From an uncultured cyanobacterium (lineage in GTDB: Bacteria; Cyanobacteriota; Cyanobacteriia; Cyanobacteriales; Nostocaceae), in contig OY970166.1 of NCBI GenBank assembly GCA_963706595.1, forward strand, positions 1,344,001 through 1,408,000: DNA of 64,000 nt, in the 5' to 3' direction. Position numbers and translations under genes: made by a program. Positions 1-9,275 of the stretch are shown here, in pieces. The notes under the pieces are model-generated. The model saw only the letters and a program-made list of their open reading frames with translations, searched no databases and was not told where the DNA came from. Positions within the stretch are counted from its first letter, which is position 1, and each line of letters opens with the position of its first letter.

Positions 1-212
1 CGACCACCGGGTTGAATGTAGGTGTCTACTAGACCTTCTGCCGCAACGCGATCGCTTTTTTTACCTGCCGAAGCGATACCCTTTTGTCGCAGCCACTCTA
101 TACCTTTTTCGATGTCGCCGTCATTTTCTTTCAGCGCTTTTTTGCAGTCCATCATGCCAGCACCAGTTTTTTGGCGTAGCTCTTGGACGAGTTTTGCAGA
201 TATTTCCGCCAT
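1..212 (-). CDS. tsf: Translation elongation factor Ts (5' part; runs off window start)
   Basis: Minus strand from ATG at 212 reads [27 protein letters not shown], the EF-Ts N-terminus; lies downstream of rpsB. Not in the ORF track. Confidence 0.97.
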   Translation of the reverse strand, partial: MAEISAKLVQELRQKTGAGMMDCKKALKENDGDIEKGIEWLRQKGIASAGKKSDRVAAEGLVDTYIQPGG

Positions 213-288
213 GTTGCCTCAATTCCTAACTTGACCTTGAGTTGTAATCGCTCACGGATGTTGAGTATTTCTATCTTACTCAGGGCTG

Positions 289-691
289 TTGACACTCTGC
301 GGTCTGAAGACGCGCAGATTCTCTAAGACTTGGCTTAAAAGGGATAGTCAAATATCCCCCTAGACGCTCAAAACAACTACCATTACGAAAGGTATTGCAA
401 TTGCGCTTACTTGAGATTTTAATTAATGCTTTCCGAGTTCATCACTTGCCAGTTTGGTACGCTCCATGTTTTCCCATTACTTGTTTATCTAGGGCTACAA
501 CTTGTGTCGGTACGAGATAAATCAGGGGTTACTCCTTACAAAACACTTCAAAACGTAGATGATTATTCCTACTCACAATTTAATTTTATCATTCTTGACC
601 CTTCGACTACGGTCAGGGTTAAAACCACTCGTGGCGTGTTTCCTCCACTGCCTGAAAGTCAAGTGGCTTCCACACGTTCCGCAATTTTCTT
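289..691 (-). mobile_element. Non-autonomous IS200/IS605-family element (no ORF) with omegaRNA-like interior
   Basis: Minus strand ends AGAATCTGCGCGTCTTCAGACCGCAGAGTGTCAA (tnpB-type right-end hairpin plus TCAA). It begins after TCAC with AAGAAAATTGCGGAACGTGTGGAAGCCAC...GTGGAGGAAACACG (left-end hairpin). No coding remnant seen. Confidence 0.7.
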
Positions 692-784
692 GTGAAGAAA
701 AAGCGATGAAGTATGAACTATGAACAATTGAGTATGAAGCGTGAGCTGTTTTTAGTCTCCATACTCAATTCTTCAACTACTTAA

Positions 785-1591
785 TTATGCTTGTGCTTCT
801 TGAGCAGAAGGGGAGTCACCAGTAGACGCTTGGGCGTATTCGCCGTCGTCGTAGTCGTCGTCATACTCCGAACCGTCATAATCTTCGTAATCTTCTTCAC
901 CTTCGAGCTTACCGCCACGACCTTCAAAAATCGCATCCGCCAATTTACCCACGATCAACTTAATTGATCTGATGGCATCATCATTGGCTGGAATGGGGAT
1001 ATCTACTACATCTGGATCACAGTTTGTATCTAGCATAGATACAATTGGCAGTCCTAGTTTTTGGCATTCTTGAACTGCGTTATATTCCCGCCGTTGGTCT
1101 ACAATTACCACCACATCGGGGACTTTCCGCATATTCTTAATACCACCCAGGTATTTTTGCAGCTTCGTCATCTCTCGACGCAACATCGAAGCTTCTTTTT
1201 TAGGCAGTAAATCCAGTGCGCCGTTTTCTTCGCGGCGTTCCAAATCTTTGAGACGGTCGGCTCTAGTTTTGATGGTCGCCCAGTTGGTGAGCATTCCACC
1301 CAACCAACGTTGGTTAATGTAGTGAGAGCCACAACGAGCCGCTTCTTGGGCAATAATTCCAGCAGCTTGGCGCTTAGTACCAACGAAGAGGAATTTTTTA
1401 CCTTGCTCAGACTGCGATCGCATATAGTTGTAGGCATTATCCATCAACTGGGCAGTCTGCACCAAGTCGATAATATGTACGCCATTGCGGGAAGTATAAA
1501 TGTACGGAGACATTTTTGGGTTCCAACGCCGGGTTTGATGCCCGAAATGTACCCCAGACTCCATCATCTGAGCCAATGAAACTACTGGCAT
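785..1591 (-). CDS. rpsB: 30S ribosomal protein S2
   Basis: [15 protein letters not shown] and RWLGGMLTN motifs; acidic C-terminal tail. Confidence 0.99.
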   Translation of the reverse strand: MPVVSLAQMMESGVHFGHQTRRWNPKMSPYIYTSRNGVHIIDLVQTAQLMDNAYNYMRSQSEQGKKFLFVGTKRQAAGIIAQEAARCGSHYINQRWLGGMLTNWATIKTRADRLKDLERREENGALDLLPKKEASMLRREMTKLQKYLGGIKNMRKVPDVVVIVDQRREYNAVQECQKLGLPIVSMLDTNCDPDVVDIPIPANDDAIRSIKLIVGKLADAIFEGRGGKLEGEEDYEDYDGSEYDDDYDDGEYAQASTGDSPSAQEAQA

Positions 1592-1673
1592 ATTTTTTGA
1601 ACTCCTATTCGGGTTAAACCTCCATCCAGTTGTATTTCCAATAATGGAAACACCCGAATGACTGAATGTGCGA
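1592..1673 (-). promoter_or_regulatory. rpsB leader (t44/S2 autoregulatory RNA)
   Basis: Minus strand CGCACA...TTCGGGTGT...GGATGGAGGTTTAACCCGAATAGGAG directly before rpsB, matching the S2-leader motifs. Confidence 0.75.
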
Positions 1674-1853
1674 GATTAGACAACCCTTCTAGGGTATCAC
1701 AATAGGTTTAATATTTCAACTAAATATTTTTTTTCCAGCTATTTTTTTTTAATTTTGTTTAATTTTTTGAGCTAGCAATTAACACGGTGCTATTTTATCG
1801 TACTATTTTTTGATGTCCTAAAAAAATATATTTATAAATATATTTTACATGAA

Positions 1854-3326
1854 ATGGCACACTCACCAATCCCGCAAAATGAGCAAGATAGACTCAAAGC
1901 GCTACTTAAATATCAGGTTCTTGATACCGAGTCTGAACGGGCATTCGATGATTTAACTGCTCTAGCTGCCTATATTTGTGGTACTCCCATTGCTTTAGTC
2001 AGTCTTGTAGATCATAGTCGGCAATGGTTTAAATCAAAAGTTGGGATAGAAGTCACAGAAACACCCAGAGAACTGGCATTTTGCGCCCATACTATATGTC
2101 AGCCCACAGACTTACTGATTGTGCCAAACGCGTTACACGATCCGCGATTTGCTACTAACCCCTTAGTGACATCCGACCCTAATATTCGGTTTTATGCTGG
2201 CGCACCTCTAGTTACACCTGATGGTTTTGCCGTTGGCTCTTTATGCGTCATTGACCGTGTAGCACGAGAATTGAGTTTAGAACAAATACAAGCATTGGCA
2301 GCCTTGAGTCGTCAAGTAATTAGCCAATTAGAACTGAGAATTAATGTAGCTAAATTAAAACAACATATTAGCCATCGTCAACAAGTAGAAAACACTCTCC
2401 GCAGCACTAATCTCAATTTAAATCAAGTTGTGAGTAAGTTACGACAAACCCAAGTCCAACTCATTCTCAATGAAAAAATGTCTAGCTTGGGTCAATTGGT
2501 AGCAGGCATAGCTCACGAAATCAATAATCCCATTAACTTTATTCATGCTAATCTCGGTCATTTAAAGACTGGTTTTCAAGACATTGTTCACTTACTATCT
2601 CTTTACCAACAGCACTATCCCCAGCCGCAGCCAGAAATTCAAACTCAAGCAGATGCCATAGATGTAAACTTTTTGATTCAAGATATACCAAGCATTTTCG
2701 CCTCTATGGAAACAGGTAGTAAGCGGATCGAAGATATTATTTTATCTTTACGTAATTTTGCTCGCTTAGATGAATCCGAAAGAAAACTTGTTGATCTCCA
2801 CGAAGGAATTGATAATACACTGTTAATTTTGCGGCATAGACTGAATGGTACAACAGCATATCCAGAAATTGAAATTATCAAAGAATATGGTAATCTTCCA
2901 CAGATTGAATGCTATGCAGCACAACTCAATCAAACATTTATGAATATTTTATCTAATGCTATCGATGCTATAGAATATTTATGGGTAACAAAAACAAAGA
3001 AGAGCAAATCTAACCAAGAGAACATTAATACTCTCAATTTAGAAACAACAACCCCAAAAATTACAATTCGTACCGAAATTTCTGCTGCAAATTATGCAGT
3101 TGTGCGAATTTCGGATAATGGAGCCGGTATTCCAGAAGCAATTCAAAAACGGATGTTTGACCTATTTTTTACTACCAAAAATGTAGGGAAAGGTACAGGA
3201 TTAGGATTATCAATAAGCTATCAAATTGTGGTTAAAAAGCATGGAGGTAATCTCAAATATAAAACCCAATTAGGCAAGGGGACTGAGTTTTTTATTGAGA
3301 TTCCTATAAAAAAATTAAGACATTGA
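1854..3326 (+). CDS. GAF-domain sensor histidine kinase
   Basis: N-terminal GAF (NIRFYAGAPL), H-box AGIAHEINNP, N-box NAIDA, G-boxes DNGAGI and GKGTGLGL. Confidence 0.93.
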   Translation: MAHSPIPQNEQDRLKALLKYQVLDTESERAFDDLTALAAYICGTPIALVSLVDHSRQWFKSKVGIEVTETPRELAFCAHTICQPTDLLIVPNALHDPRFATNPLVTSDPNIRFYAGAPLVTPDGFAVGSLCVIDRVARELSLEQIQALAALSRQVISQLELRINVAKLKQHISHRQQVENTLRSTNLNLNQVVSKLRQTQVQLILNEKMSSLGQLVAGIAHEINNPINFIHANLGHLKTGFQDIVHLLSLYQQHYPQPQPEIQTQADAIDVNFLIQDIPSIFASMETGSKRIEDIILSLRNFARLDESERKLVDLHEGIDNTLLILRHRLNGTTAYPEIEIIKEYGNLPQIECYAAQLNQTFMNILSNAIDAIEYLWVTKTKKSKSNQENINTLNLETTTPKITIRTEISAANYAVVRISDNGAGIPEAIQKRMFDLFFTTKNVGKGTGLGLSISYQIVVKKHGGNLKYKTQLGKGTEFFIEIPIKKLRH

Positions 3327-3399
3327 TGGGCTAATCGGTTTTAAATTGGCTCGAAGCCCATGGCTGAAGCAACTAATCATTAGTAATAATCAATTTAAA

Positions 3400-3519
3400 T
3401 AGGACTTACGCAGATTCTGCGTTTTCTTGGCGTTCTTGGCGGCTAAAGCCCTGGGGGCATACGCTACGCGAAGGCGGTTAGATAAATCAGAATTTTTGGC
3501 AATTTTTGCGTAAGTCCTG
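3400..3519. mobile_element. MITE with TAGGACTTACGCA-type terminal inverted repeats and 5-bp TSD
   Basis: TAGGACTTACGCA (3400-3412) and TGCGTAAGTCCTG (3507-3519); TTAAA on both flanks (3395-3399, 3520-3524). Confidence 0.85.
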
Positions 3520-3548
3520 TTAAATTTTCAGCCATTCAATATTAAATC

Positions 3549-4520
3549 TCAATGTTCTTGGTATTGAGATTCCGCATAAGCAGCATAAACGCCTTTGACG
3601 TTATACCAATTGAGAAAAATTCGGGCAATTTCTAAAGCTAACTGGGGTTTACCTAAATTAATTAGCCATTGCAAGAAAGGAGCCATTGTGCGCTCATTCA
3701 ATGTGCCATTAAATGAGAGAATGCCCCAAAGTAAACGATGAAACCAAGTCATTTGGATCATCATTCGCACTTCCCAAGATGGATGCTTTTGATAAAATAA
3801 AACTCCCATACGTCCGCGTTGAATTTCTTGGTCAATTAAACGGGGAATTTGCGCTAAGTTAAATGGTGGATGCCAATGATAGCCAACTGCTGCTGGACAT
3901 TTAATCAGTTGTAGTCCCAGTTTTTTCAGTCTGACACCTAATTCTAAATCTTCCCAACCATAGAGTTGGAAGCTGTTATCAAAAAGTCCTGCTTTCTCTA
4001 GCCAATGTTTGGGAATGGCTACGTTACCTGTGGCAAAAAAAGCTGCGGAAAAATCTGTGATTTTATAAGGTTCGGCTGTGGGGTGATCGAAATTGCAGGT
4101 ATTAATTACTGCACCGTAAGTGAAGAAGCGATCGCTCCCTAGTTTTTCCCGTCCTTGCATCAGCGCGTCTGCATGAGCTTGTAGGAAATTGGGCAGCACC
4201 ACCAAATCACTATCAATAAAGATAATTATGTCTCCCAATGCTTTCTCTACCCCCAAATTACGAGCAGCAGCAGGCCCGGCGTGGTCTTGTTCAAACCATC
4301 GCACATGGGGAAATTCTTCTTTGTGTGCTGCCAACCATTCTAAGGTGCGATCGCTAGAACCATCATCGACTAGGACGATTTCGTAATCATTCACTGCACT
4401 AGATGCACTTAACTCCTGTACCTCCAAAGCGCGGAGGCATTTTTCTAAAATCGGCTGGCGATTATAAGTCGGTATCACAACGCTGAAAAACACAGTCTCA
4501 CCCAAAACAGTATTACCCAT
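3549..4520 (-). CDS. Glycosyltransferase family 2
   Basis: SVVIPTYNR, VDDGSSD, GPAAARN, FIDSD and EDLELG motifs. Confidence 0.95.
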   Translation of the reverse strand: MGNTVLGETVFFSVVIPTYNRQPILEKCLRALEVQELSASSAVNDYEIVLVDDGSSDRTLEWLAAHKEEFPHVRWFEQDHAGPAAARNLGVEKALGDIIIFIDSDLVVLPNFLQAHADALMQGREKLGSDRFFTYGAVINTCNFDHPTAEPYKITDFSAAFFATGNVAIPKHWLEKAGLFDNSFQLYGWEDLELGVRLKKLGLQLIKCPAAVGYHWHPPFNLAQIPRLIDQEIQRGRMGVLFYQKHPSWEVRMMIQMTWFHRLLWGILSFNGTLNERTMAPFLQWLINLGKPQLALEIARIFLNWYNVKGVYAAYAESQYQEH

Positions 4521-5062
4521 CTCCAGGATAGGACAGCAGGTGACTAAACACTGTTCCTTAGTGCCTCAAATGCTCAAGAATAATTTTAGCGACCATATTC
4601 TCTCATCTGTAAATTAAACTAGTTTTTCGGTAAATCTGTATAACTTAATACTATAGAAGTATTTTTGTGGTTTTTCTAATGCCAAGAATAACAAGGAGTA
4701 AAAAATAGAATAATTGGATATCATATATTTAATATTAAATCAAGCATAATTTCAACATTTCATACTACAAGTTAATGAAAAATTATTTATACTTAGAATA
4801 TCGTTGTGCAAAAGGATTTACCTGTCATAACAACACCTAAATCAATATTCATCTATAAAAATACTTATATTAAATAATCGAAATTTTTTAATAAAAATAA
4901 TTTGCAATAGCTTAGGGCTAATAGCAAGGTCGAATACGCACATCAATAACTCATGATGGTTGCTGTATAAAGATTTAAGTTATATTGCCGTTTAAAGTTT
5001 TCTCCCAAATGGCAGCAATTTATTACTTGTATAAAATATGATTTTTAGCAAAAAAATTGTCT

Positions 5063-5103
5063 AATAAATTTAAATTAAACAATAGATAACCTGTTATTAA
5101 TCA
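5063..5103 (+). promoter_or_regulatory. Pho box (SphR/PhoB)-like array upstream of phoX
   Basis: Octamers at 11-bp period: AATAAATT (5063), ATTAAACA (5074), GATAACCT (5085), ATTAATCA (5096). They resemble the cyanobacterial CTTAACCT consensus and precede an alkaline phosphatase. Confidence 0.6.
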
Positions 5104-5337
5104 TTGTTACTTAAATTGAAACAAGAATAATAATGCTAATTATTCAGTAAGCAAAGCAGCCAGTATTTATAGGTAATTAACTAAGAGTAGTTGGCTGTAA
5201 ACCTTTTATGAAAATTCCACGAATACTCTAATTATTTCCATGATTTGTGTGAATTTGTCGGGTTTTTTAATTGCTGCTGATATCTAAAAATCAAACCGAA
5301 TAGCAAAGTTGTAAACCTTAAATAGCAATACCTAACC

Positions 5338-7503
5338 ATGAAAGGTCAATTTCATCCTAAGAACGATATAACCATCAACCCATCCGGTAACGAGTCAATT
5401 CGTGACGTGATGGGACGCTTAAGTATGAAGCGTCGCCGCTTTGTCATGACAGCTGTAGGAGCTTCAGCTGTAACCGTCTTAGGTGATATGACACTCGGTG
5501 GTTTTCTCCAAACTGTTTCAGCAGCACCAGTTCCAGCCGGACTTGGATTTGGTGGTATTGGCTTCGAGAGCATTGAGCCAAATCTCCGCAACCCAGCAAC
5601 CGGACTATTAGAGAAGGATCTGGTAACAGTTCCTAAAGGTTACACAGCCAGAATATTATCTGCTTGGGGTGACCCCATCATGCCTGGTGCGCCAAACTGG
5701 CTACCCAATGCCTCCCAAGATGCTGCGGCACAAGAAAAGCAAGTCGGAATGAATCATGATGGTATGCACTTCTTCCCTCTCCCAGGACGAAGCTATCTCA
5801 ACCGGACAGCAGGATTATCAGTACCTGTAGAAGGTCGTGCATACAATAATCGTGGGATCATGTGCGTTAACCATGAGTATACCCAAGAACACTTCCTGCA
5901 TCCCGACGGTATTGCCGTGATGACAATTGAGAAAGCCCGGAAATCTCAAGCTGCTCACGGTGTGTCTATTCAAGAGATATCCAAAGACAGATTCGGTAAT
6001 AGCTGGAGTGTTGATCGCAATTCCCGTTATGGTCGCCGCATCACTGCTAATACAGAAATGCGAGTTTCTGGTCCTGCTGCGGGTGATGCGCTGATGAAAT
6101 CCAAGAAATTTTCAATTCAACCTACTGGCTCGGTTGAAATTGGCACTAACGACGGCTACACCGCTTACGGTACAGTCAACAACTGCGCCCACGGCATAAC
6201 ACCCTGGGGTACTTACCTCACCTGTGAAGAGAACTTTCAAAACTACTTTGCCAACCCTAATAACGATGTAGTTGCGACTCCAGGTCTGGAGGACAAAACA
6301 GCTGATATCCGCAATGGACAAAAGCGATATGGTATCTCCAGTGATGCTGAAGATTATCGCTGGCCTGAAGTTGATCCACGCTGGGATGCTTATACCAATC
6401 CCCTGGAAACCCATTTGTTCGGCTGGGTAGTGGAGATTGATCCTTACGATCCCCAAAGCAAACCAGTCAAACGCACCTCTATGGGTCGATTCAGACACGA
6501 AAGCGCTCAATATGTTGTTGATGACAACAACGTTTTAGCTTTCTATATGGGTGACGACAACAGAAACGAGTATATCTATAAGTTCGTTTGCTCTCGACAA
6601 TACAATCCACGAGTTCGTAGTGCTAATAGCGACATTCTTGACCACGGTACTCTATTCGTTGCCAAATTTAACGATGATGGTACAGGCCAATGGTTGCCTC
6701 TAGTCTACGGTCAGGGCGGACTAACACCAGCTAACGGATTTAATAGCCAAGCTGAGGTTCTGATTAAAACCAGACAGGCTGCGGACAGAGTTGGCGCGAC
6801 CATGATGGACCGCCCAGAGTGGGTTGGTGTACGTCCCCGGATTGGCGGATACAATGAAGTTGAAATCTACTGTACTTTGACCAACAACAGTCGTCGTGGT
6901 ACAGAACCAGCCTCTGTCAACAATCCAGACGGTACAACTTCTGGCGGTAGTGCGCGTCCTCCAGTTGATGCTGCTAACCCACGTCCTGACAACGATTATG
7001 GTCACATTATCCGTTGGCGTGAAGCTGGACGCAGCGTTACAGCTACGACCTTCGATTGGGATATTTATGTTTTGAATGGCGACAAACAAAACCCCGACCC
7101 AATTCGTCAAGGTAACATTAATGGTGACGACTTCGGCTCACCAGATGGTCTGTGGTTCGATTACTACGGTCGTCTCTGGATTCAAACTGACCAATCGGGT
7201 GATGGTACAGGTGACTATGCCAACATCGGCAGTAACTCAATGGTTTGTGCCAATCCTAATGATCCTAAAGAAATTAAGCTGTTCTTGACCAGTCCCACAG
7301 ACTGTGAAGTAACTGGTGTAACTACTACACCCGATCACAGAACCATGTTTATCTGCATTCAGCACCCAGGCGATAATGGAACTATTGCTAACCCTACCAG
7401 CAGGAGCAATTGGCCACATAGTCAAGGTTATGGCCCACAAGGTCGCCCTCGTTCTGCAACGGTGGTAATCACCCGTGATGACGGTGGTATTATTGGTGCT
7501 TAA
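5338..7503 (+). CDS. phoX: PhoX-family alkaline phosphatase (Tat-exported)
   Basis: Twin-arginine signal MKRRRFV; NHDGM, VNHEY, NCAHGITPWGTYLTCEEN, GRFRHE, MDRPE and IQHPG motifs. Confidence 0.95.
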   Translation: MKGQFHPKNDITINPSGNESIRDVMGRLSMKRRRFVMTAVGASAVTVLGDMTLGGFLQTVSAAPVPAGLGFGGIGFESIEPNLRNPATGLLEKDLVTVPKGYTARILSAWGDPIMPGAPNWLPNASQDAAAQEKQVGMNHDGMHFFPLPGRSYLNRTAGLSVPVEGRAYNNRGIMCVNHEYTQEHFLHPDGIAVMTIEKARKSQAAHGVSIQEISKDRFGNSWSVDRNSRYGRRITANTEMRVSGPAAGDALMKSKKFSIQPTGSVEIGTNDGYTAYGTVNNCAHGITPWGTYLTCEENFQNYFANPNNDVVATPGLEDKTADIRNGQKRYGISSDAEDYRWPEVDPRWDAYTNPLETHLFGWVVEIDPYDPQSKPVKRTSMGRFRHESAQYVVDDNNVLAFYMGDDNRNEYIYKFVCSRQYNPRVRSANSDILDHGTLFVAKFNDDGTGQWLPLVYGQGGLTPANGFNSQAEVLIKTRQAADRVGATMMDRPEWVGVRPRIGGYNEVEIYCTLTNNSRRGTEPASVNNPDGTTSGGSARPPVDAANPRPDNDYGHIIRWREAGRSVTATTFDWDIYVLNGDKQNPDPIRQGNINGDDFGSPDGLWFDYYGRLWIQTDQSGDGTGDYANIGSNSMVCANPNDPKEIKLFLTSPTDCEVTGVTTTPDHRTMFICIQHPGDNGTIANPTSRSNWPHSQGYGPQGRPRSATVVITRDDGGIIGA

Positions 7504-7581
7504 ATCTTTGATGCAGTACTAGTTACAAACAATAGTTTTTAGCTATTAATTGAGTTGAAATTAAAGGACTGCGATCGCGCC

Positions 7582-7725
7582 TACTGGTGTGACAAGCCTA
7601 AAATGTTGCAAAAAATTGTAGGTTGGGTTGACGTAAGGAAACCCAACATCCTGGGCAGCGTTGGGTTGCGCTGCGCTTAACCCAACCTACGTCTAATGCA
7701 CTACTTTAAGCTTGTCAGTCCACTA
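7582..7725. mobile_element. MITE-like element enclosing a REP doublet
   Basis: Imperfect TIRs TACTGGTGTGACAAGC / GCTTGTCAGTCCACTA around GTAGGTTGGGTTGA...AACCCAACCTAC (7618-7690). Confidence 0.7.
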
Positions 7726-7758
7726 CATACATTCATTACTTTCGTCAATTTTAAATAT

Positions 7759-7790
7759 TAGGGTGTATTAATAAAAATGCACCCTATTTT
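7759..7790 (+). terminator. Rho-independent terminator-like hairpin downstream of phoX
   Basis: TAGGGTGTATT / AATGCACCCTA stem followed by TTTT. Confidence 0.6.
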
Positions 7791-8021
7791 ATAATATCCG
7801 TGACTTGCTTTGCCAAAAATTGCAACATATAAAAACTAAAACTTTCTTTTTTATTAATGTTTACTTAATCTAAGTCATTAATAAAAAAATATTGCCGACA
7901 AAAAATGCTTTAATCACACATTTTTTGCTGTCTCTTATTAAATCAAATTAAATTAAAATAAATGCTTTTAAATGAATAGCACTTATAAGATCTAAATTGG
8001 TGTGAATACTAAGATATGCAG

Positions 8022-8073
8022 CTTATTTATTCTTTAAGCTTAGATTAACGTTAGTTAAACAATTACTTACTTA
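8022..8073 (+). promoter_or_regulatory. Pho-box-like array upstream of the small secreted protein gene
   Basis: 11-bp periodic octamers CTTATTTA (8022), TTTAAGCT (8033), ATTAACGT (8044), TTAAACAA (8055), CTTACTTA (8066). Confidence 0.5.
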
Positions 8074-8103
8074 TGCAATTATTTAATTTGAAGTTTTAAA
8101 TAC

Positions 8104-8132
8104 TTGACTAAGCAATTAGATTTAAGTAATAT
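8104..8132 (+). promoter_or_regulatory. Sigma70-type promoter
   Basis: TTGACT - 17 nt - TAATAT, about 240 nt upstream of the 8372 ATG. Confidence 0.55.
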
Positions 8133-8371
8133 AACCTTGTTAAAAGATTTACGCACCATATTTTTTCACCCAAGCTTAACCTAATGTGTGCGAAAATATA
8201 ACGTTTTTTCACTTCAGATACTGACGAGTAAGCACACCTTAAATTCAACAGGTTGTGTTGATAAAATCACTTGCACTAACAGTAACTGAAATAGTGAAAT
8301 TTCCCACAGCACATTTTTAAGATGCGTAGATTGCAAGCACATTGAAGTTTCAATAACAGGAATAGAAGTCG

Positions 8372-8794
8372 ATGAAATTCAACAAAAAAGTAGCGATCGC
8401 GTTAGTTGCTGTTTCCGCTAGTATATTTGGCTTCGGTTCTGTAGCCTCTGCTGGTGAAGGCGGCGCGGCTGGAGCTGTAGCAGCTACACTTGATGCTGAT
8501 GGTTTAGTAACTGAAATGGCTGCTGCTGGAGCCGTAGGTAAAAATGATGCAGCTGCTACAGCCACAGGTAACTTTGGTGTTGTCTCAGCTTCCGCTTTGG
8601 GTAGCGCTGGGGTAATCGAATTACTCAGCGATAGCGGATATTTTTCCTTTGAAGATGCAGAGAGTGCTGAGACCGAAACTTACAACAATATCACTCTCAA
8701 AGGTAGTGCAGACGCTGATTTAGAAACTAGCCAAGCCAACTCTATTACTACCTTCACCGAAACCCCCATCGGATCTATTGAAACTGGGTTTTAG
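8372..8794 (+). CDS. Small secreted Gly/Ala-rich acidic protein of unknown function
   Basis: Sec signal MKFNKK...VASA; mature part begins GEGGAAGAVAA and is rich in small residues, with no Cys or Trp. Confidence 0.85.
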   Translation: MKFNKKVAIALVAVSASIFGFGSVASAGEGGAAGAVAATLDADGLVTEMAAAGAVGKNDAAATATGNFGVVSASALGSAGVIELLSDSGYFSFEDAESAETETYNNITLKGSADADLETSQANSITTFTETPIGSIETGF

Positions 8795-8876
8795 TTTGTA
8801 AAATTCCTCATCATTTACTTGATTGAGAGTATTACAACTCTGGTGAAAATAAAATATGCGTTATCACCGAACCGTT

Positions 8877-8904
8877 GTAGAGATTTTCCATGGAATGTCT
8901 CTAC
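8877..8904. repeat. REP-like GTAG hairpin
   Basis: GTAGAGATTTTCCATGGAATGTCTCTAC; related copies near 9101-9130, 35021-35048 and 42720-42745. Confidence 0.7.
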
Positions 8905-9275
8905 AATCTTTGTCGGAGATGTCTATTGTTTGTTAACCACTCAATGTCAGTAGTGTTGAGCTAAGTTCTCTAGAATTTATCCACTTCTCTAAACAGTTCA
9001 AAAAATGATTAGGGTTTTAAGAATTAAGAAGAAGCAATGTCAGGAGTCAGACTGATATTGTCCTCAAATTCTCTCAACCCTAAACTCTTTGTGTTTATCT
9101 GTTAGAGGCACGATTGCCGCGTGTCTCTAGCTTATTCTATCAACGAATAAATCACAGCTAAATTAGCATAATTTTCGCAGAGATTTTTGCCAATTAAACA
9201 GAATAGTCAAATTTCCGAAAAAAGCAAAAAAATTGATGTTGCCAGGTGTTTATTGCAGGTCTGTTATCAATGTTT

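Noticed and set aside
426..695. 89-aa plus-strand ORF in the rpsB-tsf spacer
   Set aside because: It lies antisense across the IS-like element and has no recognisable motif; probably a chance ORF.
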